A DNA stretch of 24,273 nucleotides from Chitinophagales bacterium (lineage in GTDB: Bacteria; Bacteroidota; Bacteroidia; Chitinophagales; UBA2359): contig JAEUUX010000137.1 of the NCBI GenBank assembly GCA_016787295.1, forward strand, positions 1 to 24,273, given 5' to 3'. Made by a program: the position numbers and the translations under genes. The notes beneath the pieces were generated by a model. It made no database searches, had not been told where the DNA came from, and was given only the letters and a program-made list of their open reading frames with translations. Positions 9,701 through 18,056 of this stretch are shown here, one piece after another (within the stretch, counting starts at the first letter, position 1; every line of letters begins with the position of its first letter).

Positions 9701-9770
9701 TACTGAAAAACTTGACATGTTTGGGGAAAATTTTGTATCTTTGCGGCGAAATTGTTGCTCTGCTTGTTGG
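9701..9770 (+). promoter_or_regulatory. Promoter and leader module C, copy 1 (-7 TATCTTTG at 9736-9743; leader ATTGTTGCTCTGCTTGTT)
   Basis: The -7 box matches the Bacteroidota consensus; -33 is TTGA at 20-nt spacing. The module is shared with 14801-14870 and 17190-17235. Confidence 0.55.
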
Positions 9771-9858
9771 AAAGAGGGTGATGATGTTCATTTTTTTCAA
9801 AAGGCGAACGAAGGTTCGGGTAATAAATAATTATCATCTATTTTTAAAATAAAACACA

Positions 9859-11634
9859 ATGGAAAACAAAATCATAGCAGGATACATTAACGAAGATTTC
9901 AAAAAAGACTTTGGAATTGAAGAAACCAAAGAGGACACCTTGTTTGAAATGTTTGCCAATTATTGTATCATTTCAAGAATACACCCCGAAGCATTTTCCA
10001 CTGATTTTGACAAAATTGAGGATATGAATATTGGGGGCGGTGAAGATACAGGCATTGACGGATTAGGGATTATTGTGAATGAACATTTGGTTTCAAGCAT
10101 AGAGGAAATAGATGACCTTAAAAACTTCCGTAGAAGATTAGACGTGCAATTTATATTTGTGCAAGCAAAAACTTCCCCTAAGTTTGAGGCTGAAAAAGTT
10201 GGTACTTTCATTTTTGGCGTAAAAGACTTTTTTAGAGAACAACCATCAATCAAGTTTAATGATAATATCAAAATTTTCAGAGAACTGAAAGACTATATTT
10301 ACAAAAATAGTATTGACATTGAAGTCAAGCCAACTTGTCAGATGTACTATGTAACGACAGGGAAATGGGTTGATGATAAAAATGTTTCAGGCAGAGCTAA
10401 CTCTGAAAAAGCCGAATTAGAAAGGCTTGGAATATTTAGCAGTGTTGATTTTATTCCAATTGACGCAGATACTTTGGGTAGCATTTACCGTGAGATTAAG
10501 AATAAAGTCAAAAAGGAAATAATTTTTGAAAAACGTGCTTCATTACCTTTTATTAAGGGAGTTAGAGAGGCTTATATTGGAGTATTACCAATTTCAGAAT
10601 ACATCAATCTAATAAAAGGTTCTGATAACAAAATTCAGAAAAATTTATTTTATGACAATGTACGAGATTTTTTAGGTACAAATTCCGTCAATAGTGAAAT
10701 TGCAAATACAATCAAAAATAAAGAAGAACAAGATAAGTTTGCAATTCTGAATAATGGTGTTACAATCGTTGCCAAGTCAATAAATCCAATAGGCGACAAA
10801 TTTACAATTAGCGACTTTCAAATAGTAAACGGGTGCCAAACAAGCCACGTATTATTTAATAACAGAGATTATTTAATTGAAAGTAAGGCATTTATTCCAA
10901 TTAAACTAATTGTTACAGATGATTACGAAGTGGCTAATCAAATTACGAAAGCAACCAACCGACAAACAGAAGTAAAAGTTGAGGCATTTGCTTCCTTAGA
11001 GCCTTATCATAGAAAATTAGAAGAGCATTACAATTCATACCCCAAAGCAACCCGCATTTATTACGCAAGACGCAGTAATCAATATGATAATGCTATTCCT
11101 GCAATTCCAAAGGAAAGAATTATTACACTTGCGGCACAAATTAATGCTTTTGTTTCTGTTTTCTTAAATGAACCTCATAGCACTCACAGGTATTATGGAG
11201 AACTTTTAAAGGCTTACGAAGATAAGTTGTTTCAAGCCGAACATAATCCTGATATGTATTATGTAAGTAGTTTTGCATTGCAGGTTGTTGAAAAGGTGTT
11301 TAAGAGTAAACCACCAAAAATTGACGCATTTTATCGTGCAAACAAATTTAAGCCTCATCTACTTGTAGTTTTGAGGATTATAACTTGTGGTTTTAAATAT
11401 CCACAATTTACAAGCAAGGAAATGGCAGCATATTGTGAGAAACTGCATACACTACTTTTGAATGAAACAGAAACTTTAAAAGCATTAGCAACAGCAACAA
11501 AAATTGTATCTAATGCTATAAACAACTACAAACAAAAGTATGGTGCGACAAATGTTCGTGAATTACACAGAATGCGCAACTTTACGTTTGAACTGATAGA
11601 GGAGGCGAAAAAATATCAACCAAAGAGCAAATAA
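9859..11634 (+). CDS. AIPR-family abortive-infection protein (591 aa), solitary
   Basis: Size, composition and N-terminal region are typical of AIPR/Abi-like phage-resistance proteins. Low-GC codon usage. Family call is from memory, not a search. Confidence 0.55.
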   Translation: MENKIIAGYINEDFKKDFGIEETKEDTLFEMFANYCIISRIHPEAFSTDFDKIEDMNIGGGEDTGIDGLGIIVNEHLVSSIEEIDDLKNFRRRLDVQFIFVQAKTSPKFEAEKVGTFIFGVKDFFREQPSIKFNDNIKIFRELKDYIYKNSIDIEVKPTCQMYYVTTGKWVDDKNVSGRANSEKAELERLGIFSSVDFIPIDADTLGSIYREIKNKVKKEIIFEKRASLPFIKGVREAYIGVLPISEYINLIKGSDNKIQKNLFYDNVRDFLGTNSVNSEIANTIKNKEEQDKFAILNNGVTIVAKSINPIGDKFTISDFQIVNGCQTSHVLFNNRDYLIESKAFIPIKLIVTDDYEVANQITKATNRQTEVKVEAFASLEPYHRKLEEHYNSYPKATRIYYARRSNQYDNAIPAIPKERIITLAAQINAFVSVFLNEPHSTHRYYGELLKAYEDKLFQAEHNPDMYYVSSFALQVVEKVFKSKPPKIDAFYRANKFKPHLLVVLRIITCGFKYPQFTSKEMAAYCEKLHTLLLNETETLKALATATKIVSNAINNYKQKYGATNVRELHRMRNFTFELIEEAKKYQPKSK

Positions 11635-11703
11635 AAAACGGTTACCAACATTATGTTTTCCGAAAAGACAGACTATAGGCTTTTGTGCTTTCCATAAACT
11701 TTA

Positions 11704-11755
11704 TGCGAAGGGCAAGGATGGTGTGTTAAATCCTGTCCTTCGCATGACTTTTCCG
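11704..11755 (+). terminator. Terminator-like hairpin downstream of the AIPR gene
   Basis: TGCGAAGG...CCTTCGCA stem followed by TGACTTTTCC. Confidence 0.45.
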
Positions 11756-12018
11756 CCGTTTCCTCCCTTTTCCATAACCACTTGATTGCCAGAAGTTTAT
11801 ATAAGTATATTTTTATAAATTTAGGAAATATTAAATTTATAGCTTATTGTTTATTGGGGTTTTTTGAAAAAATGAGAGGAATTGGTGTTTCAATTTAAAC
11901 AAACAAAAATAAATCGCCCAACAAAGTATATACACATCAAGATTACTACACCATTTATAGACCGAAATGGTCTCTACAATTAAGCAAACTTTTTTACAAA
12001 ATTTAAATTTTATTCTCA

Positions 12019-12191
12019 TGGCAAAGAAAATCACACCGCAACAAAATCAGTCCAATATGCAAAATGCCAACAAAGGCACGAAAGGGACAAACAAACAGTA
12101 CGACCAAAATCAAGGTAATAAAGGTAAACAACTCAATCCAACGCCAAACAATAGCAATACGGATAAAGGCGGAGGAAAGGAGCCGAATTGA
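12019..12191 (+). CDS. Small Q/N/K-rich hydrophilic protein (57 aa), questionable
   Basis: MAKKITPQQNQSNMQNANKGTKGTNK... Followed by a perfect 13-bp hairpin. It could equally be a non-coding AT-rich region. Confidence 0.25.
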
Positions 12192-12246
12192 CGACTAAAA
12201 AAGCAAAAACAAAGCATGGTTGTATCTGATGGAGAAAACTCAATCT

Positions 12247-12284
12247 GCAAACCCAACGTAGAGCGGCTACGTTGGGTTTGTTAC
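12247..12284 (+). terminator. Perfect 13-bp hairpin AAACCCAACGTAG-agcgg-CTACGTTGGGTTT
   Basis: Read directly. The trailing U-tract is weak (TTGTTACC). Confidence 0.5.
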
Positions 12285-12349
12285 CATTGTACGAAATAAA
12301 AACAAACACACCAAAACCCACACAAATTCCTCCAAAAACCAAAAATTCC

Positions 12350-12385
12350 ACGCCAAATTTTGCGAAAAATTGCAAGATTTGGCGT
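12350..12385 (+). repeat. Module A, copy 1: 14-bp hairpin ACGCCAAATTTTGC-loop-GCAAGATTTGGCGT (one G-U pair)
   Basis: Copy 2 at 14706-14741 is a perfect 14-bp stem. The single difference between copies is compatible with wobble pairing in RNA. Confidence 0.6.
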
Positions 12386-12468
12386 AACTTTGTCTCCCGA
12401 AACCAACATTTATGCCACCAGAAGTATTAACCATTGCCGAACTATATGTTAACAAAAAAAATAATTAA
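12385..12468 (+). promoter_or_regulatory. Module B, copy 1: -7-like TAACTTTG followed by a conserved 18-codon upstream ORF (MPPEVLTIAELYVNKKNN) overlapping the MNT start
   Basis: Nearly identical module at 13161-13240, which carries a 17-codon ORF MPPEVLTIAEIKAQYPD. The att/atc difference is synonymous. Confidence 0.45.
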
Positions 12469-12742
12469 ACAGCGAATCCAACAAAATAAGGACAAACTCG
12501 ACAGTTTGGGTATTGACCTTATTGGGCTTTTTGGCTCTTATGTAAGAGAAGAACAAAGAGCAGATAGCGATATTGACATTTTTATCTCCTTCAAAGGAGG
12601 ATACGAAACGTTTAATAACTTTATGGACTTATCCTATTTACTCGAAGAAATATTTAAAGGAGTAAAAGTGGAAATAATAACCCAAAACGGATTAAGCCCC
12701 TACATTGGACCCAAAATTTTAAAGGAGGTAGAATATGTCTAA
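12446..12742 (+). CDS. mntA: MNT-type nucleotidyltransferase (antitoxin of a HepT/MNT type VII TA pair)
   Basis: GLFGSYVREEQRADSDIDIFISF matches GSxxRGxxxxxSDxD. The ORF-track start is TTG at 12434; ATG at 12446 is preferred. Confidence 0.8.
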   Translation: MLTKKIIKQRIQQNKDKLDSLGIDLIGLFGSYVREEQRADSDIDIFISFKGGYETFNNFMDLSYLLEEIFKGVKVEIITQNGLSPYIGPKILKEVEYV

Positions 12743-13085
12743 ATTGCCACTCGATTATCTGCGCCATATTTTGGACGAATGCAACTATGTCGTTTCTGTT
12801 ATTAAGGAAGATACCGTAAAAAATGACTTGCTTGATAATGAAACATTAAAACGAGCCATTGTCAGAAGTTTAGAGATAATAGGCGAAGCCACAAAAAAAA
12901 TACCTGCCGATTTTAAAGTTAAATGGACAACAATATCATGGAGAAACATGGCAGGGATGAGAGATAAACTTATTCACGATTATATGGGGGTCAATTATTC
13001 CATTGTTTGGGACGTAGTCAAAAATATCATTCCTATTCTCAAAGAGCAAATAGAAGAAATAATTAAAGAAGAAAATGCTCGCTAA
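12735..13085 (+). CDS. hepT: HepT/DUF86 RNase toxin
   Basis: Rx4HxY motif RDKLIHDYMGV. 8-bp overlap with the upstream MNT gene is typical of this pair. Confidence 0.8.
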   Translation: MSKLPLDYLRHILDECNYVVSVIKEDTVKNDLLDNETLKRAIVRSLEIIGEATKKIPADFKVKWTTISWRNMAGMRDKLIHDYMGVNYSIVWDVVKNIIPILKEQIEEIIKEENAR

Positions 13086-13160
13086 CAAAATACAGAACAG
13101 AACAATAAGCCATTTAGTCGGTTTGTTACCCATGAATGTCATTTTTTCTTAAAAAAACTA

Positions 13161-13240
13161 AACTTTGTCTCCCAAAACCAACATTTATGCCACCAGAAGT
13201 ATTAACCATCGCCGAAATAAAAGCGCAATATCCCGACTAA
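13161..13240 (+). promoter_or_regulatory. Module B, copy 2, upstream of the fic gene, with its mini-ORF (13187-13240)
   Basis: AACTTTGTCTCCCAAAACCAACATTTATGCCACCAGAAGTATTAACCATCGCCGAA aligns with 12386-12441. Confidence 0.45.
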
Positions 13241-13297
13241 TGGGTGTTCTACCGAGCAAGAGCCGTTGTGTGTAATTTTTAAACCAGAAAAGAAAAA

Positions 13298-14662
13298 ATG
13301 ATAACTATTGACCAATCTCTACTGAGTCCTGACCTTATTCAAAGACTCGATAATCTACATTCTGAAATTACTAAATTTCGTCAAGAAGGCGAATTAGACC
13401 AACTTTCAAAAGAAAAATTGCGGGACTATTTTAGAACACAACATATTTTCCATAGCGCAGGGATTGAAGGCAATAGGCTGACCTTGCAAGAAACGATGCT
13501 GGTTTTGAAAGAAGGGGTTACCATCTCTGAAAAATCCATTCAAGACTCAATAGAAGTTAAAAATTTAGGTATTGCCTTTGATTTTTTTTATGAATTGGCA
13601 CAAGAAGGCACTCCTATTTCGGAAAATTACATCAAGCAGCTCCATCAATTGGTAGTCGGTAACGATCCCTATTTGAATGCAGGAAATTACAGAAATGTGG
13701 GTGTAGTTATCACAGGTTCAGAGCATACACCGCCCGAACCTTTTGAAGTACCTTTCAAGATGCAAGAACTAATGGATTGGTTGAACGAAAATTTTGACGA
13801 AGAAAACCCTATTGTTTTGGCAGCAGTAGCTCATCACGAAATGGCAAAAATTCATCCTTTTGCAGACGGAAATGGTAGAACAGCAAGGTTGCTTCTTAAC
13901 CTTATTCTGTTGAAAAAAGGCTATCCGATTTGTAGCATTAAACGAACCGAACGTCCAAGATATTATGAGGCGATGTCGGAGGCAGACAGCGGTAACTATC
14001 ATCAAATTATTGAAATGGTAGCAGAAAGCAGCGCTGAACTTTTTGCAGTGTATGTCCGAATAAGGGAAGAAACTAACAGAAAGACACAGTTTGCTAAAAA
14101 GTGGGGAAATAAAGACATAGAAAACAGGCTCAGAAAAGAGAAAGGACGATTTGAAATTTGGCAAAATAGAATGAATCAAATCAAGTTGGAATTTAGGCAG
14201 TTTGCCAATTTGTTAAGCGAGAATTTAGAAACATATAGTGCTACTTTCTACGAATATCCGCCACTAACTTTTGAAACGTTTCAAGAATTAGTGGAACAAG
14301 GTAGTGCTAACAATACTTTTTTCTTTTCCATTCGTTTCTACCAAAGAGAAACAAAGAAGATTGTACAGACATTCCTTTTCAGATTTTTTAGAGACCACAA
14401 TAAATTTGGTATTGACAACCCTATTGTGCCTTTGGAACTGAATTGTTTTAATCCCGAAACAAAAAATTTTCTTGTTATAGAACGTTTCACTTGGGCAGAC
14501 CGCATACAACTAAGAGCTTTTTACTTCAATCAGTCAAATGATTTGGTAATTAGAAAATATAATCGTTCAACAAAAACCATCAACGAAGAAATCAACCTAA
14601 ACCTATATAAAGTGGCTGAAACATTTTTTGATGATGTACTTGCTAACGTGCTTGGCGTGTAA
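13298..14662 (+). CDS. Fic/DOC-family protein (AMPylator) with an intrinsic inhibitory motif
   Basis: Fic motif HPFADGNGRTARLL. N-terminal SAGIEGN fits the (S/T)xxxE(G/N) auto-inhibitory helix. Confidence 0.85.
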   Translation: MITIDQSLLSPDLIQRLDNLHSEITKFRQEGELDQLSKEKLRDYFRTQHIFHSAGIEGNRLTLQETMLVLKEGVTISEKSIQDSIEVKNLGIAFDFFYELAQEGTPISENYIKQLHQLVVGNDPYLNAGNYRNVGVVITGSEHTPPEPFEVPFKMQELMDWLNENFDEENPIVLAAVAHHEMAKIHPFADGNGRTARLLLNLILLKKGYPICSIKRTERPRYYEAMSEADSGNYHQIIEMVAESSAELFAVYVRIREETNRKTQFAKKWGNKDIENRLRKEKGRFEIWQNRMNQIKLEFRQFANLLSENLETYSATFYEYPPLTFETFQELVEQGSANNTFFFSIRFYQRETKKIVQTFLFRFFRDHNKFGIDNPIVPLELNCFNPETKNFLVIERFTWADRIQLRAFYFNQSNDLVIRKYNRSTKTINEEINLNLYKVAETFFDDVLANVLGV

Positions 14663-14705
14663 AACAAAACTATGCTCAACACACACAAAAAAAACCAAAA
14701 ATTCC

Positions 14706-14741
14706 ACGCCAAATTTTGCAATATTTCGCAAAATTTGGCGT
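14706..14741 (+). repeat. Module A, copy 2: perfect 14-bp hairpin ACGCCAAATTTTGC-aatatttc-GCAAAATTTGGCGT
   Basis: Read directly. Confidence 0.6.
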
Positions 14742-14800
14742 AATTTCGTTTACGATGCTTTACAAATTATGGCAAAAATGCGCTAAGAGAAATGAATTTT

Positions 14801-14870
14801 TTTACTAGAAAGTTAGACTATTAAAAAAAGTTTGTATCTTTGCAATTGAATCATTGCTTTGCTTGTTACA
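14801..14870 (+). promoter_or_regulatory. Promoter and leader module C, copy 2 (-7 TATCTTTG at 14834-14841), ~290-nt leader to the next gene
   Basis: TTTACTaGAAAgTTaGAC...TTTGTATCTTTGC...ATTGCTTTGCTTGTT aligns with 9701-9770. Confidence 0.5.
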
Positions 14871-15131
14871 GGGTTCCTTATTTGATAGATTTTGAGACTT
14901 CTGAATAGTAGAATACCGAGAGGATTAGTAAATTGATGAACTTGAAAAAATGTAGAGAACAAAGTGTGGACATATATGGCGGCGAAAACCCAACCCGCGA
15001 AACCAACACATGGCGGTAGCTATGCCTACATAAATAATTGCATTTAAATAATATAATACATTACGATAATTACTTGTATAAATATAAACAATACTGCTTG
15101 TTATGTCTCATTCAAAAAAACAAATTAAACA

Positions 15132-15917
15132 ATGGGAAATAAATTCAAAATAGTTCTCTTTTTAATTTTTGGAATTTCGACAAATGCTTATTGCTGTTTA
15201 ATCGCAACACAAGAAAGAATAATTCCAATTGGTACTAGCGAAAATTGCTTAATTGGAATTGAAATAATTTCAAATAGATATGGAGGGGGCGATTACGGAG
15301 AAACCGCAGTTTGGAATTATAAATTCACTTTAAAAGGCTTCAACGAAGATTACTCAGAATTCCTAATTGAGGAATTGAGTTTCGAAAAGGTAATAAAGAA
15401 TAATAATTTAGAGAATATATTGAAAAATAAAATTAATATCGCTCTTCAAATTTGTAATGATTTAACAGATTTTGAAGTATTTGAGCCAAAAGAAATTACT
15501 TTTTGTGATTTTCAAAAGAATTGTTCTGTTCTCAAATTAATCGAATCCGCAGGGCAATTAAAATTCCGCACAATCAACGAAAAAAAAAATCATCAAATAC
15601 ACTATTTAAGTGAGAATTATACAGGAGAAATTGCTAAACAATACAAAGAATACTTTAAAGCCCATTTTGATTCAAGTGATATTATTGGAACAGATTTAAA
15701 AATTTCGTCAATTAGACAATACGAAAATAGTTCTTACAAATTATTGATTTTTCATTTAGGAACGGGACAGGAACCAGAGGAAGTAGAAACAGGTAAATTG
15801 CGAAAAAAAGAGTATAAATTTGACAGGGAATTTAAAACGATTGAAGATGTTATATTTATTGAACCAATTTTACATCATGGAGCTGGATTCGATTATTTTA
15901 AAATGGATAAAAAATAA
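15132..15917 (+). CDS. Secreted or lipoprotein of unknown function (261 aa)
   Basis: N-terminal signal peptide MGNKFKIVLFLIFGISTNAYC. No recognisable domain. Confidence 0.5.
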   Translation: MGNKFKIVLFLIFGISTNAYCCLIATQERIIPIGTSENCLIGIEIISNRYGGGDYGETAVWNYKFTLKGFNEDYSEFLIEELSFEKVIKNNNLENILKNKINIALQICNDLTDFEVFEPKEITFCDFQKNCSVLKLIESAGQLKFRTINEKKNHQIHYLSENYTGEIAKQYKEYFKAHFDSSDIIGTDLKISSIRQYENSSYKLLIFHLGTGQEPEEVETGKLRKKEYKFDREFKTIEDVIFIEPILHHGAGFDYFKMDKK

Positions 15918-16449
15918 AAAAGGGTTGCAACAGGGTATACGGCAATCAAAGGAGACTGTGCCTGCTCAACCCATTTTATTCAAAAAAACAATCTCAATTA
16001 GCTACTTTTCGCTGAACAAAGGTTTGTATATTTTGGTATTTAGCATAATGTTTTGGGGATTCGGATGGGTAGACTTTTTGTTCATTGCCAACCGATATGT
16101 CGTATTATTGAAACCATATTACAACAAAAATAGGTCAAAAATAACAGAATTTGACACTTTTATGCATTATTTTCGCGTATTTGAGATGTAAAATAGGATT
16201 TTGAACTAAGTATTTCAATTTGTTTTTTGCCAATATTTTTTAACGAAAGGTAAGGTGAGTGGAGAACGAAATTAAAATAAAAACAACTATTAACACAAGG
16301 TATTGCCAAAAGCGGAGTTGAATGGCTTGAGTAGACATGGTCATAGCTGTAAGCAAGTGGCGTACAACGTAGCGAGCAGACAACAATCAAGGAGACTGCG
16401 TATGCACAAGCCGTTTAGGGTATTTTAAAACAACAAAATATAACAAATA

Positions 16450-17019
16450 ATGAACACACTTTCATTTGACATATTGCCTATTAATGAATATCATGACTAT
16501 GAAGTACGAATTCTTATTGACAACAGCGACATTCTTGGGAATGACTATTTAGGAATAGACCCGCCTGAATTTTTCGAACAACATAATTTATTAACTGCTG
16601 GACGAATATTAATAGGTAGATGCTCTTGCGGTGTTGTAGGTTGCGATGACTATCCAGTTTACGTAAACGTTTTTAATGACAAAGTTATCTGGACAAATGA
16701 CGACGGACTCAATTTAGCATTTGATAAATCAGCATATGAAAAAACCATTTTACATGCCAAAATAGACCATACTTGGGAGAGCAAAGAAAGAAGAATTGAA
16801 AGACTAACTTCTGATGTCTTAAAAAACACCAAGACAATAGATGATTATAAGTTTGACTGGACTTCTGCAAGAATAAAAGAAAACATAATTATGGTAAGTT
16901 ACAGCAAAGACGGGCAACAAAAATTATTTGAATTTAACTGGGATGGGCAAACAGAGCAAAGTGCATTGAAAGAAGCTAATCATTTCTTGACACAACGACC
17001 AATACAAAACATCCTATAA
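16450..17019 (+). CDS. Cytoplasmic hypothetical protein (189 aa) with a CxCGxxGC cluster
   Basis: ORF with no TM segment. Motif RCSCGVVGCDDYP. No family recognised. Confidence 0.45.
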   Translation: MNTLSFDILPINEYHDYEVRILIDNSDILGNDYLGIDPPEFFEQHNLLTAGRILIGRCSCGVVGCDDYPVYVNVFNDKVIWTNDDGLNLAFDKSAYEKTILHAKIDHTWESKERRIERLTSDVLKNTKTIDDYKFDWTSARIKENIIMVSYSKDGQQKLFEFNWDGQTEQSALKEANHFLTQRPIQNIL

Positions 17020-17189
17020 CAAGTTTTGCGTCATTGAGCTAACATACACACGATTCGTAGGTATTATTGACCATTTATAGCTAACTTCCCTCCCTCCGAA
17101 GCCTCAAAAGCCTTCGAAAGGAGGGATTTTTATTTGACATGAATGCTTTTTCCAAAAAAATTGCCCCACAATTGCCAAAAAAATGAAAA

Positions 17190-17235
17190 ATCCGTACCTT
17201 TGCCCCCAAGTTTGTTGCTTTGCTTCTTTGAAAGC
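17190..17235 (+). promoter_or_regulatory. Promoter and leader module C, copy 3 (-7 TACCTTTG at 17195-17202; leader TTTGTTGCTTTGCTTCTTTG)
   Basis: The -7 box and a leader homologous to copies 1 and 2. Confidence 0.5.
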
Positions 17236-17294
17236 AGAGTGATGAGGGTAATTATATTTTTTCACAAATGGCGGGCTAAAGTGCGATTAAAAAA

Positions 17295-17936
17295 ATGAAA
17301 AAAAAGAAAATATTTTGGGTTCTTTCAATCTCAATAATTTTGACAATCATCACAACAATTTGGTTAGCAAATAGAAAAATTGATGAAATAGCCAAAGATT
17401 CTGTTTATAATGAAGTTTCAAAAATTCCATACAATAAGGTAGGGTTGTTATTGGGGACTTCCAAAACATTAAGCTCCGGCGAAGAAAATTTGTATTTTAT
17501 GAACCGTATTGTGGCTGTAAATGAATTATTCAAAGCCCATAAAATTTCTTACATCGTGATTAGTGGCGATAATAGCAAAAAAGAATACAATGAACCATTA
17601 GACATGAAAAACGAATTATTGAAAGTAGGCATTCCTGATAGTTCAATAATTTTGGATTATGCAGGATTTAGAACTTATGATTCGGTGATTCGAATAAATA
17701 AAATATTTGGTCAAGAAAAATTTACAATTATTTCGCAAGAATTTCATAATCGAAGAGCCATTTATATTTCAAATCGATTAGGATGCGAAGCCATAGGATT
17801 CAACGCAAAAGATGTCAATATGTACAAGGGATTTAGAACCAAATTAAGAGAAAATTTTGCTCGTGTAAAAGTATTCATTGATTTTTGGGTTAATGAAGAA
17901 CCGAAATTTTTGGGAGAAAAAATAGACATAAAATAA
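17295..17936 (+). CDS. SanA/YdcF (DUF218) family envelope protein
   Basis: N-terminal TM anchor. Matches a remembered SanA/DUF218 consensus (VISGDN, YNEP, DYAGFRTYDS, FH); family call is inference, no search run. Confidence 0.7.
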   Translation: MKKKKIFWVLSISIILTIITTIWLANRKIDEIAKDSVYNEVSKIPYNKVGLLLGTSKTLSSGEENLYFMNRIVAVNELFKAHKISYIVISGDNSKKEYNEPLDMKNELLKVGIPDSSIILDYAGFRTYDSVIRINKIFGQEKFTIISQEFHNRRAIYISNRLGCEAIGFNAKDVNMYKGFRTKLRENFARVKVFIDFWVNEEPKFLGEKIDIK

Positions 17937-17992
17937 ATAGGCGAAATTATATTGCGACCTATCTCTCCAAAAACCGAATTAGTACAAACACA

Positions 17993-18042
17993 CAAAAAGT
18001 TGTCACTTTCCATTAGAAAGGACAACTTTTTGTGAAAATAGC
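17993..18042. terminator. Bidirectional terminator between the sanA-like gene and the OMP gene
   Basis: AAAAAGTTGTCACTTTC-cattag-GAAAGGACAACTTTTTG. Confidence 0.55.
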
Positions 18043-18056
18043 GTGAATATATATTT

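Noticed and set aside
12386-12441. Module B as a canonical sigma-A promoter
   Set aside because: Only copy 1 has a good -7 box (TAACTTTG, created at the A/B junction). Copy 2 has AAACTTTG with no TA. The conserved part is the mini-ORF rather than promoter hexamers, so it is reported as a leader/uORF element instead.
15820-16390. ORFs 15820..16191 (+) and 16160..16390 (-) in the gap between the two unknown island genes
   Set aside because: AT-rich sequence gives long stop-free frames by chance. The first overlaps the 3' end of the 15132 gene out of frame. Neither has a plausible start context or recognisable features.
16200-16440. Possible group II intron domain V or retron msr/msd in the GC-richer patch GGAGACTGCGTATGCACAAGCCGTTTAGGG
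   Set aside because: No convincing domain V palindrome or a1/a2 inverted repeats. No reverse transcriptase gene nearby. Kept only as an unexplained motif repeat under the 15132-17019 finding.
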